Virus record (IMG/VR): IMGVR_UViG_3300031555_001469
Strand: one strand, 5' to 3'
DNA length: 64,000 nt
Source: a virus
Lineage: Duplodnaviria > Caudoviricetes
Of the stretch, positions 10,556 through 20,084 are shown in pieces. Both the position numbers and the translations under genes were made by a program. The notes under the pieces are model-generated. The model was given only the letters and a program-made list of their open reading frames with translations, was not told where the DNA came from and ran no database searches. Every line of letters begins with the position of its first letter. Within the stretch, counting starts at the first letter, position 1.

Positions 10556-11284
10556 TTAAGCGGTTGGCATGATCTTAGAGATCTGTCCCTGAGTTGGGAT
10601 AATACCAACAGAATTGCAAAGTCTTGCAACTTCTACGTTGTCAAGCTGCATAACGTTTACTAAGTAGTTTACATCATTGCCTACACCATTGATAGGACGA
10701 ACCGGCTGAATCATGTAATCTACCATATGCTTAACGCCATCAACCATTACGAAGTTACCATATACTTCACGGATAATCTTATTAAGGTCAAGACCTGTAA
10801 CCTTCATATAGATGAACTGTCCGTTGTAAGTATTTTCAGCAACTTCTGCACAGCACTGATTCCAGTTAATCTGGGCATTACCCATCTTAACCATATATGG
10901 TTCAAGAGCGCTCTTAACTTCTTCAGTCAGAGTGATGTTCTTAGAACCATTAACTGCATTCATATTACGGATACGATCCATAATATTGTCATTACGTCCG
11001 GTCTTGTTTGCAATTGTGTTACGAACTGCCTTATACTGACCTTCACCAAGCTGCTTGTCTTCAACCTTGTCACGGAAGTAAACAGCTACCTGGAACTGAC
11101 CGTTAACGATCTGCATGTAAGCGCCATCATAATCCGGGAATACCGGTAATAAGAATTCACCTACAAGCTCACATAACTTAGCGGATGTAGTGAGATCTGT
11201 CTTGAGAGTACCAGGAAAAGTAACCTTATCCTTGATTGCGATTTCCACTACATTCTTTTCATTTTCATTCTTTGCTGTACTCAT
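10556..11284 (-). CDS. Hypothetical protein (early-type promoter)
   Basis: GGAGG RBS supports the MSTAK start at 11284; hairpin downstream at about 10508-10540. Confidence 0.6.
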   Translation of the reverse strand: MSTAKNENEKNVVEIAIKDKVTFPGTLKTDLTTSAKLCELVGEFLLPVFPDYDGAYMQIVNGQFQVAVYFRDKVEDKQLGEGQYKAVRNTIANKTGRNDNIMDRIRNMNAVNGSKNITLTEEVKSALEPYMVKMGNAQINWNQCCAEVAENTYNGQFIYMKVTGLDLNKIIREVYGNFVMVDGVKHMVDYMIQPVRPINGVGNDVNYLVNVMQLDNVEVARLCNSVGIIPTQGQISKIMPTA

Positions 11285-11366
11285 TGTGAAGTACCTCCTT
11301 ATTATATTATTTTTACTTTTAAGTTGAAGAATTAGTAAATTATTATTAATCATTTACTCCTTCTTA

Positions 11367-11381
11367 CACGTTTATAATATA
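11367..11381 (-). promoter_or_regulatory. Early-type promoter TATATTATA-N4-TG
   Basis: Minus strand TATATTATAAACGTG. Confidence 0.65.
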
Positions 11382-11396
11382 TATCTAAATCCTTTT

Positions 11397-12338
11397 TTAG
11401 GACTTCGATTTTGTAGCTAAGATAGCTTCGAGAGTTTTGAGTTCTCTCTTATCATCTATCTGTGCATATCCAGGGTTATAATAATCACCCTCATCATAGA
11501 TTAATAAATAGATACTTCCCTTTAAATCTGCAATCAAAAGGTAAGATCTCTTAATCTGATTAAAATCTATATCATATCCGTACTTCATAATCTGTACAGA
11601 AGAGATATGTGTTTTAACGATATTCTCCACTAATGGAATTAATGGATTCCCGTTATACAATTCATCCTGATCATCAGACATTGTGAACTCCAGATCAACA
11701 GGCTTAATATTAAAAGCTCTATAAATATTGTGAATAAACTGATTCTGATCTATAAGATCATATACTGTATTACAATATCCTTTAAACTTAGTCTTATTAG
11801 CTATATTATACATATAGTCTAATACACTATCGTAGTAAGATAACTTAGTCCAAGAGAGTAACTCCTTAATATCGTCTCCAATATAATAAGCTACTAACTC
11901 GCTCTTATCTACTGCATTACAAGCAATCATCATCTTGTAATCTACATCTTCTGGACAACTGTCTTTATCTACTGCTACCCCTACATATGTGAAATTATCA
12001 ATATTTCTATTTGTAAGATTTGCATAGATATCCATAACAGACTGTCTACAAATTGCATAAGGTACATTATCACCTTTTTCAATATCTTCTGTCTTGTGGA
12101 AACCTACAATTACGTCATGTAAGTTCTGCTCAAGAATAACAGATGAAATTGTTAAATATCCGTTTGGTCTTAAAAGAATGTACTCATAATCTTTTAAGTC
12201 CTGTTCAGATAACTTTAAGATTTCTCCTTTATTATCTTTACAATGATACTTATTGGAAGATTTTACATATTTAGTTATTCTAAGTTTATGGAGTTCATCA
12301 CCCAAAAACTTATAATAAATTTGTCCTATCATTGGCAT
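11397..12338 (-). CDS. Hypothetical protein (early-type promoter)
   Basis: GGAGG RBS supports ATG at 12338; early motif at 12363-12377. Confidence 0.6.
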   Translation of the reverse strand: MPMIGQIYYKFLGDELHKLRITKYVKSSNKYHCKDNKGEILKLSEQDLKDYEYILLRPNGYLTISSVILEQNLHDVIVGFHKTEDIEKGDNVPYAICRQSVMDIYANLTNRNIDNFTYVGVAVDKDSCPEDVDYKMMIACNAVDKSELVAYYIGDDIKELLSWTKLSYYDSVLDYMYNIANKTKFKGYCNTVYDLIDQNQFIHNIYRAFNIKPVDLEFTMSDDQDELYNGNPLIPLVENIVKTHISSVQIMKYGYDIDFNQIKRSYLLIADLKGSIYLLIYDEGDYYNPGYAQIDDKRELKTLEAILATKSKS

Positions 12339-12385
12339 AGGAACTACCTCCTTTATTTTATTCATAAGTATAATATATGAATATT

Positions 12386-12898
12386 CTATCCTTTGAACAT
12401 TCGAGAAGTTTCTGCTTCTCTCTGACCCTGGTATCTACCATTATAGAAAGGACCAGGTTCTCCATCAATAGTCTGATAATAAACCTGACCTATTTCCATG
12501 TTAGGATATACCTTAACAGGTTTTACTACTGTAATCTCTAATGTCCAATTACCATCGAATCCGTTATCTCCGAATCCTGCTGTAATATGAACAGAGATAC
12601 CTAATCTACCAGAAGACGATCTACCGTCAATACATGGTACTAATCCACGAGTTTCAGTATACTCATTAGTAGAGCCTATGTATAACTCGCCAGGATATAA
12701 AATCATTCCTTCTTCTGGAATGATAATCTCTTTGTAAGGGTTATCTCTTCTACTGTCTAATACTTCTTCGGTATAAACCTTAAGTTTCTTATTTAAAGTG
12801 ATATTATAAGAATTAGGATTAACCTTACTCTTATCAAATGGCAAGATTAATATCTCACCGGTTTTTGTTCGGTTCATAATTTCATTTCCTGAAAGCAT
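12386..12898 (-). CDS. dcd: dCTP deaminase
   Basis: NPNSYNITL, GRSSSGRLGI, AGFGDNGFDGNWTLE and YNGRYQGQ are Dcd/dUTPase superfamily motifs of the Dcd type. Confidence 0.85.
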   Translation of the reverse strand: MLSGNEIMNRTKTGEILILPFDKSKVNPNSYNITLNKKLKVYTEEVLDSRRDNPYKEIIIPEEGMILYPGELYIGSTNEYTETRGLVPCIDGRSSSGRLGISVHITAGFGDNGFDGNWTLEITVVKPVKVYPNMEIGQVYYQTIDGEPGPFYNGRYQGQREAETSRMFKG

Positions 12899-12992
12899 TT
12901 TCTAATCCCTCCTTATTTGATTACTATTAAGTTTATGAGTTAATAAATTACAACAATTTGCTATGATCCGTAAAAGTCAATGTAATTACTTG

Positions 12993-13007
12993 CATATTAT
13001 AATAGTG
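12993..13007 (+). promoter_or_regulatory. Early-type promoter
   Basis: CATATTATAATAGTG. Confidence 0.55.
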
Positions 13008-13106
13008 ATAAGATGAAATAATATCTTATTCTTCTATATATCCAGCTCAAAGAAGCTACAATACTACGGGGTTATAAGAAGTCATGCGCAGGAGGCGCTT
13101 TATATA

Positions 13107-13256
13107 ATGAGTAACGAAAATGATATTATTGCACAGAGACTTGCAACACTTTGGCAAGAAATGAACAACCGCCATGAAAATGAAAACATTGATAAAATTT
13201 CGGCTAGAATTAAAGCTGCTCTAGTCGAATTAAACAAGGCTCATGGTATAGCTTAA
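13107..13256 (+). CDS. 49-aa small early protein (absent from the ORF track)
   Basis: AGGAGG RBS; MSNENDIIAQRLATLWQEMNNRHENENIDKISARIKAALVELNKAHGIA; has its own promoter and terminator. Confidence 0.7.
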   Translation: MSNENDIIAQRLATLWQEMNNRHENENIDKISARIKAALVELNKAHGIA

Positions 13257-13293
13257 ATAAAGAGGGAACCAATTAAGGTTCCCTCTTTATTTT
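13256..13293. terminator. Bidirectional terminator
   Basis: AATAAAGAGGGAACC-AATTAA-GGTTCCCTCTTTATT with a T-tract. Confidence 0.8.
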
Positions 13294-16269
13294 TTATCTC
13301 AGAATATCTTTTATTAATTTAAATGCTCCCTTGATAGTACTATTATCTATCTTAATATAAGAATCAGAAAATGGTGACTGTTCAAAGTATGCATTGAAAT
13401 TAAAGTCTTTCTCAGCTTCTGTAACCATCTTCAAATACTTATGGAAATCATTAAGCACTCTTGCTCTGGTCTTAGTAAGCTCGACTTTATTTTTTACATT
13501 AGAAGAGAGTCTACTTTCAATGTAATTATTCAGGAACCATAATCTACATAACTCGTATTTCATTCCTTCATAATTCTTATTCTCTTCATAAGTTCTTAAT
13601 AACTTATGAGATCCCTGATATTCATTTTCAGGATTGAATCCTTTTATAGGTTTGATATAGAGATTGCCTGCATCATCTAACTTAACCGGCAATTCTTTTA
13701 CTTCTAATAAAGGATTTAAGACATTCTTCAAAGCATCAGGTACAGCATATTTACTTATAAACTCAACAGCCTCTTTAATAGCTTTAGCTCTGTTACTAAT
13801 AGCTTTAGTTAATAAAGCAGCTTTACTGGATTTAAAGTCTTTTACTTTACCCTCATATATCTTATAGATCTTATTACTGTATTTGGAAGCTTTGTAGAAA
13901 TCATTAGGATTTACTAAAGAGCTCGCTTTTCCAGTAAGATCGATATCAGTAAGTTTTAAGATGTTATCTACAAACTCAGAGCAGATCATATTCATATCAG
14001 ACTTAGTAGGAATCTTAAGAGCTAACAATATACACTTAACGAAATTATAGCTGGTTTCCTTAGCGTTATTAAGATACTCAGTAAGAACCTGTTTAATCTT
14101 TTTATAATCCTTCTCTTTAACAAATATTGTATATACACCTAATGTATTTTCTTTAGGATAAGCATCAATCGATTCGATAGACAAACCTCCTAAAGAACCT
14201 TCACTGTTTAATACATTGAAAGAATATAACTTCTCAAAATCCCTATCAAGACATATAGCAGCATGGGAAAATGGTCCTTTAGTAACTGCTTTAATAGTTT
14301 TACTAAATAAGGTTTCTCCTTCTACTAATACAATATGAATAGGATGAAGTTTCTTTCTATCAGCAGCTTCCATCAAGATTTCACAACAGTTTTCAGTATA
14401 ACCCTTATAACGCTTAGGGAGATCTATAATTGTATCATTGAATCTATTCTGAAGTTGCTCTAATACTCTTTTTCTAGCAGCCATTCTATTAGCGTCAGAG
14501 AATTCAATATAAGGATTCCAACCTAACTCTAAGATAGACTGGTTCAGCTTATTAAGTTCATCTTCTGGTGCAGTAGTTGCTTCTAGTATTTCTTTTTTAT
14601 ACATAAGATTTCTTACAGCCTTAACCCATTCAGATGGATTGTAAGACTCTGTTCTAAAACCGTGCATAAGCATCTTATACTGTTCATACCATTCTTTAGA
14701 ACTCATATCCCCAACCATATTCTTTTCATCTGAAATAGGGAAGAATCTGTTGTTCTCATCATCAAATACACCAAGATTATCTAACTCAATAGGAGTATAG
14801 AATGGCATATCTAATGGGAATATCTCACTGTCAATTACATTGACAATATCATTTGGGTCTTCGTCTTTATAGATATTTCTTACATCCATAAGAGATGACT
14901 CAGTAACTACCATACTACTCTCAGATAAAGCATCTTCTAAATCTAAGATCTTATCTATTGTAGTATCATGATTCTTAGAAAGAATAGTATTTGTAATAAT
15001 ATCTTCCTTAGATATCTCATCATAGTCATCAAGTTTGGTTTGAATTGCTAAGAAATAAGACTTCTGGAATTCATAGAAATCCTGATTGGATACGCCAAAG
15101 ACTTCTAAAGATTTCCAGTCAGAAACTCTCTTATGCTTTCTAACCATAGAGTTATATTTATACCACATAGTCTCTAACTCCTCTAAATTCTTAGCTGGAG
15201 TTACGATATTGATATTAGAACCTAAAGCCCAGGTAATGACAGATTCTACATCATCTTCGGTATATTTCTTGATATTATACTCTTTTTCAGGAGCATCCAT
15301 AAACTCTTCATCAGCGGATTCAGTATATGCATATATACGATCCTTTAAGAAATTAAATTGTTTTACCTGTTTCATATAATGCTTATTTGTAAAGATAGTA
15401 AAAGCATTAAACCAATTTACATAAGCATCATAATACCCACTCCGAGTTATATCTCTAGATAAGTCTCTATTACTTCTTCTAAACATAGTTGTGCTCACAG
15501 AAGTACCTTTAATAATACATGGTTTACAGGATAAATACTCTGGTGTATAAGCTCTAAATAAGTGAGTCCCCTCAATTACATATTGCTTACCATTATTAGC
15601 GTGCTCACCAATAAACCAATTTAAGAAATGTATAGCCTGATCTACTATTACTTTATCTTCCCAAGTATATTCCTTTGATATAAAAGGAACGTCTTTTCTT
15701 TTAAAATATTTAGCAGCATCAGCACATTCAGATTTAAGCTGTTCGAACTTTCTCTTTCTCTTTTCATCAGTATAACTTTCCATACATACAATGGTTACGT
15801 TATCCAAATGAATTAATTCAGCTTTATAATTCTTAGCAACAGACTCACTGATTGTAGATTTACCACTACCAGATAATCCTGTTATGAATAAAATATTATT
15901 CTTTTTCTTGATCCAATCTTCAAAGTTTAAGATTATGTCATTTTTCTCTAAAAATTCAGAATCTAAATCAGCTTCTAAATTAATAGTACCCTGAGGGGTA
16001 ACAATAATCTCTTTATCATCAATAGGTTCCTTAAGAAACTTAGATTTAGTATCATCATAAATCTGCTGATTAGTTTTACCATATTTATGAATAGCAGCTG
16101 CATCAGAATCCTTCTTCTGAGCATTAGGCTGAGATTCGTATTCATCCATATCCCGTTCTAATTCTTCTTCAGAACTATTAGGATCTAAGACTATAGTATC
16201 TTCACTTAAAGTGAATTTATCTGTATAGAATTCATCAAAAAATGTAGAATTACTTCTATACCCGTTCAT
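13294..16269 (-). CDS. Multidomain putative virion protein: P-loop kinase-like domain plus permuted papain-like (YiiX/NlpC-P60) domain
   Basis: Walker A ITGLSGSGKST; FSHAAI...ICSEFV, with His before Cys as in permuted papain-like domains. Confidence 0.6.
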   Translation of the reverse strand: MNGYRSNSTFFDEFYTDKFTLSEDTIVLDPNSSEEELERDMDEYESQPNAQKKDSDAAAIHKYGKTNQQIYDDTKSKFLKEPIDDKEIIVTPQGTINLEADLDSEFLEKNDIILNFEDWIKKKNNILFITGLSGSGKSTISESVAKNYKAELIHLDNVTIVCMESYTDEKRKRKFEQLKSECADAAKYFKRKDVPFISKEYTWEDKVIVDQAIHFLNWFIGEHANNGKQYVIEGTHLFRAYTPEYLSCKPCIIKGTSVSTTMFRRSNRDLSRDITRSGYYDAYVNWFNAFTIFTNKHYMKQVKQFNFLKDRIYAYTESADEEFMDAPEKEYNIKKYTEDDVESVITWALGSNINIVTPAKNLEELETMWYKYNSMVRKHKRVSDWKSLEVFGVSNQDFYEFQKSYFLAIQTKLDDYDEISKEDIITNTILSKNHDTTIDKILDLEDALSESSMVVTESSLMDVRNIYKDEDPNDIVNVIDSEIFPLDMPFYTPIELDNLGVFDDENNRFFPISDEKNMVGDMSSKEWYEQYKMLMHGFRTESYNPSEWVKAVRNLMYKKEILEATTAPEDELNKLNQSILELGWNPYIEFSDANRMAARKRVLEQLQNRFNDTIIDLPKRYKGYTENCCEILMEAADRKKLHPIHIVLVEGETLFSKTIKAVTKGPFSHAAICLDRDFEKLYSFNVLNSEGSLGGLSIESIDAYPKENTLGVYTIFVKEKDYKKIKQVLTEYLNNAKETSYNFVKCILLALKIPTKSDMNMICSEFVDNILKLTDIDLTGKASSLVNPNDFYKASKYSNKIYKIYEGKVKDFKSSKAALLTKAISNRAKAIKEAVEFISKYAVPDALKNVLNPLLEVKELPVKLDDAGNLYIKPIKGFNPENEYQGSHKLLRTYEENKNYEGMKYELCRLWFLNNYIESRLSSNVKNKVELTKTRARVLNDFHKYLKMVTEAEKDFNFNAYFEQSPFSDSYIKIDNSTIKGAFKLIKDILR

Positions 16270-17429
16270 TATAACTCACCCCCTATATTAATTATAGGCA
16301 TTGTAAAATCTATAAACTCGAAATTCTTATCATATGCAATCTGATCTTTAGAAAGCATCGCTTTTCCAGATAAGATTTCATAGATATCATTATCAGAACA
16401 ATCTTTTCCATACTGCTCTAATAACTTCTTGTAGTTGTTTCTATCTCCAATGAACTTAAATAATGCTACACTAGTATTTTCATCTAATGTAATATTAGTT
16501 AAGATTCCATCTTCAATACCTAAAGTATCATTATCAAACATGCCTTTAGTAAGACACATCTTTTCATAATCGCTGCTATCAGCAAAGATATTCTTTTTGT
16601 ATAAGCCTACATAAATATCTCCCTCAGCCGCACTAGCAATTCCTCCAATCGAAGCTATACCCATAGCTTCATGGATTCTTGAAATAGGGCTTATTTCTCC
16701 ATTCATAGCCTGTTCTTTTAACTCAGCTAAGATGTCGATTAACTGTACAAACTGATTGTCTGTAAGACGAATATAATTATAAACTCCTAAGTTTGTAATC
16801 ATCTTCTCTTTCTCAATCTGTTTTTCTCTATAAGACTGCATCTGTCTGTTATTAGGATTAGAACCACCGTCCTTAATCTCAATAACAAGATTAGCTGGAA
16901 TGTAATAAATATCAGTAATCCATTTATGTTTCTCACCCTGATAATCATACTCAAAAGTAGGACCAGGACACATAACGTCTTTACTGGATATATTTAACAC
17001 AGTATCCATAAACTCTAAGCATTTCTTTTCATAAGTACCTGTATATGTAACAGCTCCCCCATCGGAGAATTTATACTTTCCAGATATCTTTCTATTAGCA
17101 AGCATATGTGCCTGCCATTCTTCATCATCTAATAAAGTAGGTTTATTATAAACCTTAATCATATTCTTAGTAAACTGCTCTCTAGCAGATTTTCTACAAG
17201 ATTCTTTATCACAAATCTTGTTATATTTACCAGCTTTTTCATTCCATGGAGTCTTGCCTTTACATACCATACAGACACCATATTCTCTTTTATTTACAAT
17301 ATTAAATACTACTCTCGTTGGAGTATAGTCTTCAGGGATAAGTTCTTCGTGATTATCTGCTACATGATCAATCAACTTATCTCTTTCAGAGGAAAAATTA
17401 CAATATGGACACTTATAGTGTTTAGCCAT
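16269..17429 (-). CDS. Zn-finger + PD-(D/E)xK nuclease, T4 gp4/TnsA-like head-completion nuclease
   Basis: C2H2 CPYC...H...H; CMVC; YTGTYE; WITDIY...VIEIK; late motif at 17463-17475. Confidence 0.55.
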   Translation of the reverse strand: MAKHYKCPYCNFSSERDKLIDHVADNHEELIPEDYTPTRVVFNIVNKREYGVCMVCKGKTPWNEKAGKYNKICDKESCRKSAREQFTKNMIKVYNKPTLLDDEEWQAHMLANRKISGKYKFSDGGAVTYTGTYEKKCLEFMDTVLNISSKDVMCPGPTFEYDYQGEKHKWITDIYYIPANLVIEIKDGGSNPNNRQMQSYREKQIEKEKMITNLGVYNYIRLTDNQFVQLIDILAELKEQAMNGEISPISRIHEAMGIASIGGIASAAEGDIYVGLYKKNIFADSSDYEKMCLTKGMFDNDTLGIEDGILTNITLDENTSVALFKFIGDRNNYKKLLEQYGKDCSDNDIYEILSGKAMLSKDQIAYDKNFEFIDFTMPIINIGGEL

Positions 17430-17545
17430 AATAAACACTCCTTTCCTATTTAAATTCGGTTATTAATTGAATGTTTTCGGTGTAGTTTTGGTAAACTTTA
17501 AAAGCCTTAACTTATTAGTAAAATGAGAAAGGAGTTGATTTTAAA

Positions 17546-17932
17546 ATGGCTAAACACGTTGCCGAAGAGCATTTGCTATCGGTTAACTCCTATGAAGAAC
17601 CTAAAGTTCTTTACGATAACAATGCTGTCTATACTTTGATTATAAGGCTACTTTTATTAGAGCCTGGCAAAGATAAAGATAGACCAGAAATGGGAGTAGG
17701 ATTAGTATCTAAATATAGATATATTACTACTGATAAACTTGAAACTCTGAGAACTGAGATTAAAAATCAGATCAGGACTTATCTGCCAAACTTTAGTATG
17801 GCGGAGGTAAACATTGAAGCCTTTGATACCACATTGGCTTTATATGTAAAGACGGAAAATGTTACATATGGTATCAAGTTCGATTCGAATAATGGTACTG
17901 TATCGCCATTAACAATTGATGATATTAAATAA
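17546..17932 (+). CDS. Baseplate wedge protein, gp25-like
   Basis: LLLEPGKDKDRPEMGVGL resembles the GPW/gp25 motif; late motif at 17509-17521. Confidence 0.6.
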   Translation: MAKHVAEEHLLSVNSYEEPKVLYDNNAVYTLIIRLLLLEPGKDKDRPEMGVGLVSKYRYITTDKLETLRTEIKNQIRTYLPNFSMAEVNIEAFDTTLALYVKTENVTYGIKFDSNNGTVSPLTIDDIK

Positions 17933-17945
17933 GGAGGAATTAATT

Positions 17946-19523
17946 ATGGCACTTACATTAGACGAACTTAAGGGAACAACGCCTGAAGCAGAAGCTACAC
18001 CAGCAGTTGAAACCGAAAAGGGAACTGTTGTAGAAACTCTCTCAGGTCAGAAGATTAAGACATTTACTCCAGATGAAATTGGAGCTCCAAGAAAAGTAGA
18101 AAATTCTCTTGCTGATAATATGGCAAAGGAATTAAGTGTATTGGATGAAGGTATTCAGAGAAATAAAGAAAAGCTTTATGCTGAATACGTAGCACCTCAG
18201 ATTGAAGCTGAGGCTGAAGCTGCATTAACAGGTGAGTTAGATTTCGAAGAATCTGAAGAAGCTGTATCTGGTCAGATTAGTGCTGATGATATTGATGATT
18301 TAGATATCGAATTAGATGAATCTACTCCAGCAACAATGGATGATTACAAGGTTGCTGCTCCTATTGAAAAAGTATCTGAAGCAGTAGCTGTTGCAGCTCC
18401 TGAAGTAAGTACAACTGCACCTGATATGACAAGTCTTAAGGAAGACTTAGGTAAGGACTTCTTCGAAGATGACGAAGAAGAAGATACTATTCTTGAAGGT
18501 GATGATGCTGAAGAAGAATTAGAACAGGTTAAGGCTGAGATTAAGAGTAGCATTAAGCCAATCAACAATGTAGTTGATTTGACTAAGTTTACTATCTCTA
18601 AGAAGCCGGCTTCTAGTTCTACATTATTAAAGAGTGTAAATGCTGTTTCTAAGGCTGCAGACTGGGTTCTGTATGCTGCTAAGAAGCCGATTACAATGAC
18701 ATCTCTTAACGGTGTTGAGTTGGATCATTTCAATCCAAGAAATATTTCTAGTTCTAGAAATAGACTTAATACTTATAAGCAGCTTTATACAATCATGTAT
18801 AAGCATCTTGAGGATGAGAATAAGCCTGCTACATTAGAAGCATGGACTAAGACCATCCCATTCTATGATATCAACCACTTATTCTTTGCAGTATATCGTG
18901 CTTGTTATAGTGATAACAATATCGTACCTTATACTTGCCCTAAGTGTGGTAAGACATCTATGATTAACGTAGATATCGATAAGATGGTTAAGTTTGATAA
19001 GCCTGAAATTGAATCTGAATTCTGGAAGCTTTACAATAAGGATACTACATCTGTAGATACTTATAAGCCTGAATTAGTTCAGATTTCTGATGATTTCGTT
19101 GCTGCTATCAAGCTTCCTACAGTATTTTCTGTAGTATTTGAGAATGCTGCATTAGACGAGAACTTCTTAAACAAGTACTCTGATCTTCTTGGTTTAATTA
19201 CTTATATTGATGCAATGTATTTCATCAATAGAGAAGCAGGAACCTTAGAAGAAATCAAGGTTAAAGTAGAAGCTAATGACTTTGTAAAGACAACCAAGAG
19301 AAAGATTGGTACATTTGCAAAGGTACTTTGCTCTCTTAACTCCGATCAGTACAATAACTTTGTTGCTAAAATGCAGGGTCTTATGGATTCGAATGATGGT
19401 ATCTCATACATTCAGCCTACCGCTACGTGTACACATTGTGGAGAGGAAATTGCAGAAAATGCAGTTGAGCCTTTAGACATGGTTTTTACACGGCATCAGT
19501 TGGGAGCCATCAGCAATTTATAG
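17946..19523 (+). CDS. Baseplate-hub / tail assembly chaperone-like protein with two CxxC knuckles
   Basis: GGAGG RBS; acidic N-terminal half; CPKCG and CTHCG; follows the gp25-like gene; G-GTT-TTT near the 3' end. Confidence 0.5.
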   Translation: MALTLDELKGTTPEAEATPAVETEKGTVVETLSGQKIKTFTPDEIGAPRKVENSLADNMAKELSVLDEGIQRNKEKLYAEYVAPQIEAEAEAALTGELDFEESEEAVSGQISADDIDDLDIELDESTPATMDDYKVAAPIEKVSEAVAVAAPEVSTTAPDMTSLKEDLGKDFFEDDEEEDTILEGDDAEEELEQVKAEIKSSIKPINNVVDLTKFTISKKPASSSTLLKSVNAVSKAADWVLYAAKKPITMTSLNGVELDHFNPRNISSSRNRLNTYKQLYTIMYKHLEDENKPATLEAWTKTIPFYDINHLFFAVYRACYSDNNIVPYTCPKCGKTSMINVDIDKMVKFDKPEIESEFWKLYNKDTTSVDTYKPELVQISDDFVAAIKLPTVFSVVFENAALDENFLNKYSDLLGLITYIDAMYFINREAGTLEEIKVKVEANDFVKTTKRKIGTFAKVLCSLNSDQYNNFVAKMQGLMDSNDGISYIQPTATCTHCGEEIAENAVEPLDMVFTRHQLGAISNL

Positions 19524-19534
19524 AACGTGTAGAG

Positions 19535-19708
19535 ATGGTTGCGACCTTCTACAGAGGTCGCACCACCTTTAAGGAACTGATGGAAATGCCTATATCAGAC
19601 TTTAACTTATTATTCAATCTAGCACTTAAGCAGAATGAAAAAGATGCTAAAGATGGTAAGGCAGGAGAACGCCAACTGGCAGAAGCAGTAGAAGATGAAA
19701 TGGGGTAA
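19535..19708 (+). CDS. 57-aa ORF, probably the -1 frameshift extension of 17946..19523
   Basis: MVATFYRGRTTFKELMEMPISDFNLLF...; -1 frame open from 19469; no strong RBS. Confidence 0.6.
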   Translation: MVATFYRGRTTFKELMEMPISDFNLLFNLALKQNEKDAKDGKAGERQLAEAVEDEMG

Positions 19709-19714
19709 ATTAGA

Positions 19715-20026
19715 ATGAAAGATATGATTAATTTTACACAAGGTTTATTATCTGACGTAGACAATCTTCAATCTGTATTTACCAAATTTTTTGATCAACA
19801 TGTAGCGATGTACTATTTAGCTTCAGATTATCCTGTATCTGTGACATCTGAAGTACATAGTGCAACGATCATATATATTGTCAAACCTAACAGGGTTGAA
19901 GAATTGAAACACATAATTGAAAGTATGTCAACTCCAGTCTCTGTGGGTAATAAAACTTATTATCCAGAGCTTGACATTAGAGGAGACAATTTATACGTTA
20001 CTTTGAGGGATACTAGGGCAACCTAG
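19715..20026 (+). CDS. Hypothetical protein
   Basis: 103-aa ORF; hairpin at about 20007-20033 overlaps its stop. Confidence 0.55.
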   Translation: MKDMINFTQGLLSDVDNLQSVFTKFFDQHVAMYYLASDYPVSVTSEVHSATIIYIVKPNRVEELKHIIESMSTPVSVGNKTYYPELDIRGDNLYVTLRDTRAT

Positions 20027-20084
20027 TATCCCTTTTTTAACGTTTTGACATATGATTAATAATAAAAAGGAGGTGTTATTCGAA

